This document shows, piece after piece, positions 9,455-18,433 of a stretch of DNA of 64,000 bases. A program made the translations under genes and the position numbers. The notes beneath the pieces are model-generated. The model was not told where the DNA came from and did no database searches. It was given only the letters and a program-made list of their open reading frames with translations. Source of the stretch: Candidatus Micrarchaeota archaeon (GTDB taxonomy: Archaea > Micrarchaeota > Micrarchaeia > Micrarchaeales > CABMGC01); NCBI GenBank assembly GCA_021850805.1, contig JAJZKO010000003.1:8246-72245 (forward strand). The letters run 5' to 3'. Positions within the stretch are counted from its first letter, which is position 1; each line of letters begins with the position of its first letter.

Positions 9455-9975
9455 TCCTCTAAAGCGACGTATATGCCATCCTGGAATACTCTGGTATCGT
9501 ATCCGCGCGCTGCGCACGCCTTCCTCATGTTGGCAACAGTCTGACCTACATCGTAATTGTCAACTCCCCTTACCGTAACATCCTGTCCCTTTACTTCTAC
9601 TTTGGTATCGCCAACAGTGTGCGTTACCCTAGGTATCTTTTCACCGAATATATTCTTTATGACTATATCCTTGCCTTTTATTTCTATTGACATTGGAAAG
9701 TGTGCGTACACCACCTTCATCTTTACCTCTACGCCTTTAGTAACGCCTTCCATCGCGCTCTTCACTCCAGAAGAGAAGGACTGTATGGCAAGCGTAGCAA
9801 ATTTCTCCAGCTTCTTTCCGCCCTTTTCCTTTATTACCACTTTGCCGCCTTCGACACTAACGCTCATCAATTTCCTGTTTATCTTCTTCCTTGCAGTCCC
9901 AAGCTTGCCGCTGATGACTACAAAGTCTCCATCAAGAGACAAATTCGCACCCTGCGGAATATCAAGCTCATACAT
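9451..9975 (-). CDS. rpl6: 50S ribosomal protein L6 (uL6)
   Basis: 174 aa with the two-repeat L6 pattern, in the conserved cluster position. Confidence 0.9.
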   Translation of the reverse strand: MYELDIPQGANLSLDGDFVVISGKLGTARKKINRKLMSVSVEGGKVVIKEKGGKKLEKFATLAIQSFSSGVKSAMEGVTKGVEVKMKVVYAHFPMSIEIKGKDIVIKNIFGEKIPRVTHTVGDTKVEVKGQDVTVRGVDNYDVGQTVANMRKACAARGYDTRVFQDGIYVALEE

Positions 9976-9986
9976 GGAATATCACA

Positions 9987-10370
9987 TCAATATACATATG
10001 CAAGCAGCCTTCCTCCAGTTTTCTTCTCCATAGCCTGTTTCGTGGTCATTATTCCTGACGGGGTGGATATTATCACTATACCGAAGTTCTTGCTTGGTAT
10101 ATGCCTTGCCTCGTACTTCTGGAGATCAGATATCGCTACTGCATGCCTTGGCTTTATCACGCCTATATCATTTATCTTTCTTGCAAGCGCAACCTTAAGC
10201 TTCCTGAATCTCCCGTCTTCGTACTCCTCGAATCCTGATATGTAACCATTATCCTTCATTGTATTTAATACTGCCTTTATTATTGTAGTTGATGGCAGCA
10301 CGCATTCCCGCATGCCTGCCGTCTCGTACACCTTTATCTTGTTTATTGCATCTGCGAAAACGTCTACCAT
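9987..10370 (-). CDS. rps8: 30S ribosomal protein S8 (uS8)
   Basis: …DAINKIKVYE…GYISGFEEYEDGRFRKLKV…GGRLLAYVY. The start is moved to the ATG at 10370, 4 nt after the S14 stop. Confidence 0.9.
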   Translation of the reverse strand: MVDVFADAINKIKVYETAGMRECVLPSTTIIKAVLNTMKDNGYISGFEEYEDGRFRKLKVALARKINDIGVIKPRHAVAISDLQKYEARHIPSKNFGIVIISTPSGIMTTKQAMEKKTGGRLLAYVY

Positions 10371-10374
10371 AAAA

Positions 10375-10527
10375 TCACTGAAACTTCTCAAAACCTATCT
10401 GCCTTCCTACCTCCCTGAAGCATCTCCTGCATATATAGAGGTCATAAGACCTTATCAAACCGCGTGCATTTCCGCATATCTTGCACTTCCTCCTGCCTCT
10501 TCCCTTAAATTTAAGATCATAACTCAT
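10375..10527 (-). CDS. rps14: 30S ribosomal protein S14 (uS14, zinc-ribbon type), 50 aa; absent from the supplied ORF track
   Basis: My translation of the minus strand is MSYDLKFKGRGRRKCKICGNARGLIRSYDLYICRRCFREVGRQIGFEKFQ*. It carries the CxxC…CxxC signature and sits in the canonical slot between L5 and S8. Confidence 0.85.
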   Translation of the reverse strand: MSYDLKFKGRGRRKCKICGNARGLIRSYDLYICRRCFREVGRQIGFEKFQ

Positions 10528-10541
10528 CTTTATAAAATCAC

Positions 10542-11063
10542 CTAGGATTCTGTCGCTATACCTGCTTTGAAGTTATCTTTTAAGTATCTTTCTATCTCGT
10601 CTCTACCTATGGTCCTGTGCGAAAGCGGCACCCTTGCGGATCTCCTCTTGCGCTTCTCCACTCTTCTGCCTCTCCTTGAAAATGATGCATTTACATTGAG
10701 CCCTAGCATGCCTATCTTTGGGTCATACTTTACCCCGGCTATATAAATGTATTCTTTGATTCCAAAGCTTAGTGAATTATTTGTTACCGCTCCCTCCTTT
10801 ATCAAGTTATCATTCGCATCGAGAGTCTTCTTGAGCATTGCGGCAGCTTCTTCTCCCCTAAGAGTAACCATGCTGCCTATTATCTGCCCTTTTCTCACAT
10901 TGAGTTCCGGCTGCCTGTGCTTGGAGATGGTAAACGCTGCCTTATGCCCGGTAAGCTTTTCCAGCAGGGTCTTTGCGTTCTGTGAGTTAGACTCGGTATC
11001 GCCTATGCCTATGTTAAGCACGACCTTCTCAAGCCTTATCCCTCTCATCTTGTTATCCTGCAT
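10542..11063 (-). CDS. rpl5: 50S ribosomal protein L5 (uL5)
   Basis: MRGIRLEKVVLNIGIGD…, in the conserved cluster position. Confidence 0.9.
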   Translation of the reverse strand: MQDNKMRGIRLEKVVLNIGIGDTESNSQNAKTLLEKLTGHKAAFTISKHRQPELNVRKGQIIGSMVTLRGEEAAAMLKKTLDANDNLIKEGAVTNNSLSFGIKEYIYIAGVKYDPKIGMLGLNVNASFSRRGRRVEKRKRRSARVPLSHRTIGRDEIERYLKDNFKAGIATES

Positions 11064-11072
11064 TATACCCAG

Positions 11073-11747
11073 CTATATTACCATTATATTATCAAGGAGG
11101 GTCTCTATTACCTTTCCATCCTTGGTGTTTATCTGGACAAGCGCGTCTCTCTGCGCATTGCCTTTCCGTATCTCCTTTACTGTACCTTCTCCTGAGGAGT
11201 GGACACCATTGATTACTACGCATCCTGCCCCCTCCTTAAGCTTGATTACCTTGACCTTGCCATCTGAAAGATCGACAGAGTCGTTGACGTTTACTTCCTC
11301 CGGAAACCTCATGTTGGTTCCGTCATGAAGCCTTATCATCTGTGTCTTCCCGCGTGCGAGATACTTTCCCACTACCTTGAAGACCTGCCTGCTGCCTCCC
11401 CCTATCGCTACTGTGCCGTTCCTGCTTATACCTATCACATATCTCGTCTTATCCTCGCCAAGGGAGACCACATCCCCAAAGCCTACAGGATAATGTGCAT
11501 CCCTTACTTCCCTGCCATTCACTAAGACCAGTCCGTCCTTAAGTATTTTCCTGACCTCAAACATCGTCCTTGCAGTCCCTAGTTTATCCCTGAGAAGCAC
11601 ACCTATCGGCAGGCTCATCGCTGCCGTATGCCTTCCAGGATTCTGCACTGCTATATACTTAGAGAATTTTCTGCTAACCTGCGGATATTTCCCTGCAGCA
11701 AGCCTGTTTAGATGATTTGTTCCTCCTTTTTTTGACATGATAATCAA
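11073..11747 (-). CDS. rps4e: 30S ribosomal protein S4e
   Basis: GGTNHLNRLAAGKY…GRHTAAMSLPIGVLLRD…ILKDGLVLVNGREVRDAHYPVGFGDVVSL. The true start may be the ATG at 11738. Confidence 0.9.
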   Translation of the reverse strand: MIIMSKKGGTNHLNRLAAGKYPQVSRKFSKYIAVQNPGRHTAAMSLPIGVLLRDKLGTARTMFEVRKILKDGLVLVNGREVRDAHYPVGFGDVVSLGEDKTRYVIGISRNGTVAIGGGSRQVFKVVGKYLARGKTQMIRLHDGTNMRFPEEVNVNDSVDLSDGKVKVIKLKEGAGCVVINGVHSSGEGTVKEIRKGNAQRDALVQINTKDGKVIETLLDNIMVI

Positions 11748-12130
11748 CCTTTTTCGTTGCCTTTCTTCATATCCTCTACTGCTTTTGATCTGAACTTGTC
11801 CTGAAGCCCAAGATCGGTTATATATAGGTTGGATATTCTTATCGGTATCTGTATCTCCTTACCCTTGGCGTTCTTCCTAAGATAAGAATCAACGTAGGCT
11901 ATGCCTCTCCTTACATCTACTTCATCGATCTTGCCTGTCTTTCCCTTTCCATCTCCAGCCATTATCTTTACACTGTCTCCTTTCCTTAACTGAATGCTCC
12001 TCCTTTTTATGCCAAGCTTTGTGGCAAGCTCTTTAGATATATGCGCATGTGCGTACTTCTGCCTGACGCTCATCGGCGCCTGAAATCGTTCTTTTCTCTG
12101 TTTGTTTGGTTTACCGCTCTTCATAATCAC
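11744..12130 (-). CDS. rpl24: 50S ribosomal protein L24 (uL24)
   Basis: KOW motif LRKGDSVKIMAGDGKGKTGKI, in the conserved cluster position. Confidence 0.9.
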   Translation of the reverse strand: MIMKSGKPNKQRKERFQAPMSVRQKYAHAHISKELATKLGIKRRSIQLRKGDSVKIMAGDGKGKTGKIDEVDVRRGIAYVDSYLRKNAKGKEIQIPIRISNLYITDLGLQDKFRSKAVEDMKKGNEKG

Positions 12131-12537
12131 ACTATCTTTGAGGCTATCCCTGCCACCTTTACAAACCTCTCCACAACTTCCCTGGCCATTGCACCTTTTA
12201 CCTCTGTCCCTATCGGCAGGTTTTCGTCATTTATCATTATTCCTGCGTTGTCCTCAAACTTGACCCGCAGGCCGTTTGCTCTTCTTATCAGAGCTCTCTG
12301 CCTGATTATTACTACGCGAACAGGCTTCTTCAGATAAGTCGCAGTCCCCTTCCTTACGCTTGCAGATACCACGTCCCCTATCCCTGCAGCTGTCATCCTC
12401 CCGTGCCTTCCATTGCTCTTGCCTATTATGTGAATCATCCTGAATTCGTAAGCTCCACTATTGTCCGCACAGTTTATAACTGCACCTGGAACAAGTGTCT
12501 TCGTGATATGCGTCGAGAATCCCTTCATGAAAGTCAC
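12127..12537 (-). CDS. rpl14: 50S ribosomal protein L14 (uL14)
   Basis: …VINCADNSGA…IGDVVSASVRKG…, in the conserved cluster position. Confidence 0.9.
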   Translation of the reverse strand: MTFMKGFSTHITKTLVPGAVINCADNSGAYEFRMIHIIGKSNGRHGRMTAAGIGDVVSASVRKGTATYLKKPVRVVIIRQRALIRRANGLRVKFEDNAGIMINDENLPIGTEVKGAMAREVVERFVKVAGIASKIV

Positions 12538-12824
12538 CCTTGCTTGATTACGTTTGTCACTACAAAAGACTTTGTCTTGCTAAGTCTTCTTGTCTCGGCT
12601 ATCTCAACAGTATCTCCCTGCTTGACACCCATGCATTCAGGATTATGTGCTGGTATATGCGATCTCTTCCTAAGATACCTCTCAAACTTGTAGATATAGC
12701 GGGTATAGTCCACCTTGACGATAACAGTCTTCTTAGCCTTATTGCTGACCACAACTCCGCTCATTCTAGAGCCTCTTGTTTTTATGCCTCCGTGAACGGG
12801 GCATCTAGTGTCATTGCATTCCAA
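12534..12824 (-). CDS. rps17: 30S ribosomal protein S17 (uS17)
   Basis: …VVSNKAKKTVIVKVDY…KYERYLKRS…HNPECMGVKQGDTVEIAETRRLSKTKSFVV. Confidence 0.9.
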   Translation of the reverse strand: MECNDTRCPVHGGIKTRGSRMSGVVVSNKAKKTVIVKVDYTRYIYKFERYLRKRSHIPAHNPECMGVKQGDTVEIAETRRLSKTKSFVVTNVIKQG

Positions 12825-12883
12825 AATATCAGCCTATCGCAAATTAAGAAGGCAAAATCAAATATATTTGAGGTGTTAGCTTA

Positions 12884-13195
12884 TTATAGTTTTCTGTTTT
12901 GAGAAGCCCTCCTATGTGAGTAATATCTCAGCGATTTTTCGAGTCTGTCCTCGGGAGAGAAGTCTATCTCTGAACCTTCCACAAAAAATGTGCTCTTTCC
13001 ATCGGAAAAGCAGAAGGACGCATTGGACTTGATTATTGTCGCGTATCCTCCACCTCTGCGTATTCTTATTGTATGGGCAGTTTCATCTACAACAACGCCT
13101 GATATTCCTATCTGCCTCCTATCAAGCGCATATGCAACCGTTGTACGAAGGCCTATAAGCTCCCCAATTACAATATTTTTGTTGTCGTAGCGCAT
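12884..13195 (-). CDS. rnp1: RNase P protein component 1 (Rpp29/Pop4 family)
   Basis: GELIGLRTTVAYALDRRQIGISGVVVDETAHTIRI… is a Sm-like Rpp29 core, and the gene sits upstream of S17 as in many archaeal clusters. Confidence 0.7.
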   Translation of the reverse strand: MRYDNKNIVIGELIGLRTTVAYALDRRQIGISGVVVDETAHTIRIRRGGGYATIIKSNASFCFSDGKSTFFVEGSEIDFSPEDRLEKSLRYYSHRRASQNRKL

Positions 13196-13259
13196 ATCCT
13201 GATAATTCTACCAGGACTATTTATAAACATTACCTTCTGATAATTGTAATAAAGAAAAC

Positions 13260-14174
13260 GTGATGGTATTGCCTGCTTCGATAGGAAAACTGATTGATAA
13301 TTCATACTCAATGATACGCGAATCGCCAGAAATCCTATATGCCCCAATAGCGGCAGGGATAATCTTCTCATTAATGTACCTTCTCCTTCTGCAGCCTCTA
13401 GTGGCAGGCATCAGCACCGAATCAGCCCTGCTTAGCACAAATCAGACGACAGCAAGCCAGGTTCTCTCAAGCATAAATCTGCCGGGGATTATAAGCGCAG
13501 AATTCGTATATATAATAATAACTGCACTGGTAAGCGTATTCCTTTCTGGCTTGTATATAAGCTTCGCCGCACAGAAAGCAAATGGGAAAAAGCCATCACT
13601 AGAAGAGGCATTCAGGTTTGGCAGAGAGCGATATATAGACCTTCTGCTCCTGGATCTTGGAATATTCCTTGTTGTGGCAATAATTGCTGTCCTAATGGTA
13701 ATTGTATTTGCAAGTTTATTCGCTGCAGCATCTTCTTCGGCCGCAGTGGTGGTATTGGCACTGGGCCTTTTGATACTGATAGTTATTGCTCTCATAATCC
13801 TATTCTCGATAGGCCTGTTTGAGGCTGCAGTGGTAAGGCTTCTTGAGCATCGTGGAGTATGGGATTCTATAATGCAGAGCATAGAGATAGGCAGGTCGAA
13901 TTTCATATCCCTATTCGTAATACTCATAATTCTCGCAATAATAAGCGTTGTGTTCGTCAGCGTACCGTCCATAATCCTAGGCTTCATATCAAGTGCGATC
14001 TCACAGCCTGCAACTCTCATACTTGGCCAGATATTTTCCGTTTTCTCTACTGCAGTAGCAGTATTCTTCTACTATTCTTTGGAGAGGCATCCTGCAGCAG
14101 AAAGTACAGGAGATAAAATACCAGTTAAAAAAGCAGCCACACAGCCTAAAAGAAAAATCAAAAAAATGCAGTAG
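13260..14174 (+). CDS. multi-pass membrane protein, paralog 1 of a tandem pair
   Basis: 304 aa with about 6 TM segments and a lysine-rich C-terminus. It shares GR-RY…LL and ILGQ…FYYS blocks with the next ORF. Confidence 0.55.
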   Translation: MMVLPASIGKLIDNSYSMIRESPEILYAPIAAGIIFSLMYLLLLQPLVAGISTESALLSTNQTTASQVLSSINLPGIISAEFVYIIITALVSVFLSGLYISFAAQKANGKKPSLEEAFRFGRERYIDLLLLDLGIFLVVAIIAVLMVIVFASLFAAASSSAAVVVLALGLLILIVIALIILFSIGLFEAAVVRLLEHRGVWDSIMQSIEIGRSNFISLFVILIILAIISVVFVSVPSIILGFISSAISQPATLILGQIFSVFSTAVAVFFYYSLERHPAAESTGDKIPVKKAATQPKRKIKKMQ

Positions 14175-14179
14175 ATGCT

Positions 14180-15010
14180 GTGCACACGCGCGATATATTC
14201 AGGAAGACGGCGGGCTTATTCTTCAGAAAGCCAGGAATACTCCTTCTTCCGTTCGCATTGGGGGCTGCGTTGGCATTCCTAGACATGCTGCTATTGGCGC
14301 CTTACAACCCCACCATACATGAAGTGCTTCTGCAGTCTCTATCATATGTATTGGGTGCACGTTCTCCGTTCCTAAGTTCAGAGGCGGCATATGCGCTGAT
14401 GGATTTCCTGTATTTCGTAATTAGCGAATTGCTTGGCCTTCTCATGACAGGCACCTATATCTGCATAGTCATTCAGGAGAGAAGAGGTGAGCAGCTGTCT
14501 ATAAGTGGCGCAGCAGAGCAGGCGGGCAGGAGATATACGAGCCTGCTTGCGGCAAACCTCGCCGCAATACTGCTACTTGCGGTATCTGTTTCCATTCCCC
14601 TACTGGCGTTCTCATACCTTATAAGCATGCTTCCGCAAGGCGCTGTTGTCCCTGCAGTGATAATATCTGCTATAGTGATATTCTCCATAGCCGCAATAGT
14701 CGAGATAATGCTTTTCCAGGTAAATTCTGCTAATCTTATAAGCGGTAAAGGAGCGATAGGTTCAATATACAGCAGCATAATCGTAGGCAGACGCTACGCA
14801 AAGGAAACAGCAATACTAATGTCAATGCTGCTGCTTTCGAATATAATAATCATAGAGTTTCCAGCCGTCGCTGCCGGATTCATTATTCCTTCAAGCTCCG
14901 GCCCAGTTGCGATACTGCTGGGGCAGTTCGCAGGACTTATCGATTCCATAGCGATGGCATATTTCTATTATTCAGAGATAAGAATCGCAAGACTCCATGC
15001 TTCATCTTAG
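14180..15010 (+). CDS. multi-pass membrane protein, paralog 2 of a tandem pair
   Basis: 276 aa with the same TM layout. LLGQFAGLIDSIAMAYFYYS aligns with ILGQIFSVFSTAVAVFFYYS in paralog 1. Confidence 0.55.
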   Translation: MHTRDIFRKTAGLFFRKPGILLLPFALGAALAFLDMLLLAPYNPTIHEVLLQSLSYVLGARSPFLSSEAAYALMDFLYFVISELLGLLMTGTYICIVIQERRGEQLSISGAAEQAGRRYTSLLAANLAAILLLAVSVSIPLLAFSYLISMLPQGAVVPAVIISAIVIFSIAAIVEIMLFQVNSANLISGKGAIGSIYSSIIVGRRYAKETAILMSMLLLSNIIIIEFPAVAAGFIIPSSSGPVAILLGQFAGLIDSIAMAYFYYSEIRIARLHASS

Positions 15011-15574
15011 TATGGCGAAAGTAATGTACCCTGTATGCCATATGCCCTTAGTCGTAGGCCGCACGCCCTCGTTCCTTACCATAATCTCTCGGGCAATGAC
15101 CTCTATGGTATACCTATCAGAGAAGCCAAGCCTGTCAAGCTTTTTAGCGAATGCAGCAACCTGCTCAGTATTTGGGGAATACCCTGCAACAACTCCATTC
15201 ATATTCAGTGCTTTCTTGCAGTGCCGCAGGGCTTTTTCCGGCGAAGGCAGGTCAAGCGAGATGAAGTCAACCATGCGTTCGTCTATGCCTTTGAATATGT
15301 CCTTGTTCTTGAATTCTATATTTTCTATCCCAAGAATCCTCCTATTCTTCTCCGCTATCTCTATGAATTCGCTTCTCAATTCGTATGCATATACAAATTT
15401 ACATATTCTGGCCAGGCTGAGCGCCAGCCATCCGCTGCCCAGCCCTGCATCTACGCATATGCTATTTCTTGATACCCCCGAAAAAGCTATTATTGCACCT
15501 ATGTCTTTCGGGAGTATCACCTGCGGGCCCCGCTTAAGCTTTCTATACAATGGCGGATAAATAAACATCTTCAA
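15002..15574 (-). CDS. trmI: tRNA (adenine-N1)-methyltransferase, TrmI/Gcd14 family (catalytic domain only)
   Basis: RGPQVILPKDIG…VDAGLGSGWLALSLA (SAM motif I)…DLPSPEKAL…RPTTKGIWHTGYITFA. Confidence 0.75.
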   Translation of the reverse strand: MKMFIYPPLYRKLKRGPQVILPKDIGAIIAFSGVSRNSICVDAGLGSGWLALSLARICKFVYAYELRSEFIEIAEKNRRILGIENIEFKNKDIFKGIDERMVDFISLDLPSPEKALRHCKKALNMNGVVAGYSPNTEQVAAFAKKLDRLGFSDRYTIEVIAREIMVRNEGVRPTTKGIWHTGYITFAILR

Positions 15575-17757
15575 GCCTTCTTTTTTGCCAATGGCTTCTT
15601 CTTATGAGGAGCCTTGCGGTTTTTCTTTATTTTCTTTGCCTTTACAGGAGCTGCTTCTGAAGCGGGAGCCTGCATCTGTGCAGCGGGCTGCATTCCAGCA
15701 GGCGCACTTGCTTTTGGCGCTGCCCATCCTTCCTTGCTCTTGCATAGCGGATCAAGGTCCATCTCGAAGACCCTCTTTCCCCTGCGGAATACCTTTACTT
15801 TCGGCGTATTGCACATCTCGCATACCTTCCCAGTGGGAACAATCAGCGCATTCTGCGGAACGGGATATGTGATAGTGCATTCTGGCCAGTTGGTACACCC
15901 TACGAAATTCTTTCCTGCCTTAGATCTCTTAAGCATAAGATTTCCACCGCACTTGCATTTTCCAAGGGACTTTGAGAGCTCACTCTCCCTGAATCCTTTT
16001 GCAAGCTCTTTGCCTATGCTGCCCTCATTGGCCTTGAATTCTTCTATTATCTTTGAGATAAGCTCCCTGCCTTCCTTCAGCGCATCGCCTTCCTTTAGTT
16101 TGCCCCTTGCTATCTCTTCCATATCGCCCTCCAGCTTCCTGGTGAGCTCTTCATCGAGTATCTCCCTGCAGTATCCGCTCAGCGCCTCGTATATGCTCAT
16201 GCCAAGCGCCGTAACTTCTATACTTGAGCCTTTGACATAATCCCTTCTGAATAGCGTGTCTATAACCTCTGTCCTCGTCGCCTTCGTGCCAAGGTTCTTC
16301 TTCTCTAGTAGTGCTATCAGACTTGCTTTAGAATACCTTCTCGGCGGCTCTGTCTTGCCTTCTTTCAGATGCACCTTATCAGGCTTTACCCGTGAGCCTT
16401 CTTCAAGTTCAGGCAGAGAAGCTTCCTTAGGCGAATAATGCCTATAAGTGGCAAGCCATCCCTGCTCCTTCACGGAAAGCCCCTGTGCAGCATACTCCTC
16501 CCCGCCTGCGGAAAGGACAACGCTTGATTTAAGCAGCACAGCAGCTTCACGGAAGCAGGAGAGAAACCTTCGCGCTACAAGGTCATAAATTTTCATCTCC
16601 TCCTCTCCCAGTCCTGATGGCACCTCTCCTGTGGGGTATATGGCCGGGTGGGCTTCATCCTTCTTCGCGCCCTCAATCGGACGGTATACCCCTCTCTTCG
16701 ATATCTCTTCCGCATCCTTGGCATATACTACTATTTTTGAGAGCCCTGCTATTATCCTTTGGAAATTTATTGTCGGTGGCAGCTTCTGCGACGCTGTCCT
16801 TGGATAAGATATATACGATTTTTCATAAAGGCTCTGTGCTATGGCAAGCGTGCGTGACGGATCTATCCTAAATACCCGACTAGCCTCAAGTTGCATAGAG
16901 GTCAAGTCGAAGGGTGGAAAAGGGAAGAGTCTGCTCTCATCCGACTTTATCTCCTTTACAATCATCTCCGAAGAGGAGGTGGCCTTAAGCGCTGCTTCGG
17001 CCTCTTCCTTGGCAAAAAAGCTGCCCCTGCGGTTCTCGAGCTCAAAATCTCCGATGAGCACAAAAACCTTCCAATAAGGCCTCGGCTTGAAGTCCTTTAT
17101 CTCGAGTTCCCTCTGCGCAAGTATCGAGAGCGTTGGACCCTGTATTCTGCCTATGCTGAGCACCTTCTTTATGCCGCCTATATTTACCGCGCTCATGAGT
17201 GCCCTGCTAAGGTTTATACCCCACATCCAGTCTAGCATGTGCCTGCTCTCGCCTGCATAGTAATTGTATATGTCTACTCCTTCCATACCCTCATACGCTC
17301 TGACAAGATCGGGTTTTGTGGTAGTCGAGAACTTCATTCTCCCTACGTCGGAAAGGTCACCAGTGCTATTCACATCGCCGTATCTGACATACTTTATTAT
17401 ATTGGTCCCTATTACTGTACCCTCGACATCGTAGTCGCATGCATTTACGAATCCTGTGCATTTTTCCCCTACGTACTTTATCACATCCAGGTATTTCTTG
17501 GTAAAATACGAGTTTTTATTCGCCTTATACGAAGGGACCCATTCCAGTTTAAATACCGGGAAGGTTGCGCTTTCCGCCTGCCTGACTGTGAAGAGATGCC
17601 CTGCCGCGGCAACGACGAAGAGCGAGTCGCCGCCTTTTTCTATCTGATAGTATGAGACTCCATTGGAAAACAGCCTCTTCGGCTTTCCGTCTTCTGCGAG
17701 AGAAAGTGCAAGCCTGACTGCCACGCTTGGCTTCTCCGCTATTATGAGTCTATTCAT
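15571..17757 (-). CDS. topA: type IA DNA topoisomerase (TopA/Topo III-like) with C-terminal zinc ribbons and a Lys-rich tail
   Basis: Toprim IIAEKPS and DYDVEG, active-site ISYPRTASQ, Cys4 ribbons CKCGG…CTNWPEC and CEMC…, and the tail KAKKIKKNRKAPHKKKPLAKKKA. Confidence 0.9.
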   Translation of the reverse strand: MNRLIIAEKPSVAVRLALSLAEDGKPKRLFSNGVSYYQIEKGGDSLFVVAAAGHLFTVRQAESATFPVFKLEWVPSYKANKNSYFTKKYLDVIKYVGEKCTGFVNACDYDVEGTVIGTNIIKYVRYGDVNSTGDLSDVGRMKFSTTTKPDLVRAYEGMEGVDIYNYYAGESRHMLDWMWGINLSRALMSAVNIGGIKKVLSIGRIQGPTLSILAQRELEIKDFKPRPYWKVFVLIGDFELENRRGSFFAKEEAEAALKATSSSEMIVKEIKSDESRLFPFPPFDLTSMQLEASRVFRIDPSRTLAIAQSLYEKSYISYPRTASQKLPPTINFQRIIAGLSKIVVYAKDAEEISKRGVYRPIEGAKKDEAHPAIYPTGEVPSGLGEEEMKIYDLVARRFLSCFREAAVLLKSSVVLSAGGEEYAAQGLSVKEQGWLATYRHYSPKEASLPELEEGSRVKPDKVHLKEGKTEPPRRYSKASLIALLEKKNLGTKATRTEVIDTLFRRDYVKGSSIEVTALGMSIYEALSGYCREILDEELTRKLEGDMEEIARGKLKEGDALKEGRELISKIIEEFKANEGSIGKELAKGFRESELSKSLGKCKCGGNLMLKRSKAGKNFVGCTNWPECTITYPVPQNALIVPTGKVCEMCNTPKVKVFRRGKRVFEMDLDPLCKSKEGWAAPKASAPAGMQPAAQMQAPASEAAPVKAKKIKKNRKAPHKKKPLAKKKA

Positions 17758-17772
17758 AAAAACCAGTAAACA

Positions 17773-18006
17773 TCAACTGCGCTTGCCCTTATTATATTTC
17801 CTTCCTTTCTTCTCCTTCTCCTGAGCTTCGAGGTCGTCCCTTGCAAGCGACCTAGTCATATAAAATCCCGCAGCCAAGTCCGCGATAATAAATACATAAA
17901 ACACTATCCCAGGACCAAGGGTAAAAAATACAACAAGGGACAGGATGCTCAGGAATACCACTAAGACAGACATAATCTCCTGCCTTACTTCTTCCTCCTC
18001 ATCCAT
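17773..18006 (-). CDS. small membrane protein (77 aa, 2 TM)
   Basis: ORF with two hydrophobic helices and a basic C-terminus. No family recognised. Confidence 0.35.
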   Translation of the reverse strand: MDEEEEVRQEIMSVLVVFLSILSLVVFFTLGPGIVFYVFIIADLAAGFYMTRSLARDDLEAQEKEKKGRKYNKGKRS

Positions 18007-18069
18007 TATCTCAATCTCTTTATATAGTTAATATTAAATAACATTACGATAAAGCGCTCTTGTGAGTAT

Positions 18070-18429
18070 ATGGCAGGGGTTATACTGATACTGGCTCTCA
18101 CTGCTACTGCAGCTCTGCTTGCGGCAATAGCACAGTATGTATTCAAGCTTCATATGAAGCGCTTTAGCTTCAGCATCGGGGGGATACTAAACCTGCTTCT
18201 CACAAGGCAGATAATCCTGGGACTTTTCATATACGGTACAAGTTTTATAATATACCTGATTGCGCTCGGCCACGCAAGCCTTGTTTTTGTATATCCTGCA
18301 TTCTCCAGCTCTTTTATATTCGTAATGCTCATCTCGGCATTCTTCCTCAAGGAACGCATAAGCGCTAGGCGTGCTGCTGGGCTGATGCTTATAGTCCTGG
18401 GGATAACCCTTATTGCGCTTGCGCAGTGA
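18070..18429 (+). CDS. half-size DMT/EamA-like (SMR-like, 4 TM) transporter subunit
   Basis: 119 aa with four TM segments and an EamA-type ending …FFLKERISARRAAGLMLIVLGITLIAL. Confidence 0.55.
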   Translation: MAGVILILALTATAALLAAIAQYVFKLHMKRFSFSIGGILNLLLTRQIILGLFIYGTSFIIYLIALGHASLVFVYPAFSSSFIFVMLISAFFLKERISARRAAGLMLIVLGITLIALAQ

Positions 18430-18433
18430 TCAA

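Noticed and set aside
9557-11328. Several long plus-strand ORFs (9557..10033, 9700..10245, 10747..11328) across the ribosomal-protein cluster.
   Set aside because: They are antisense shadows of strongly recognisable r-protein genes. Their products are Ser/Leu/Phe/Pro-rich with no motifs.
14997-15560. A 187-aa plus-strand ORF, plus 15035..15472.
   Set aside because: Both are antisense to trmI, which has clear SAM-binding motifs.
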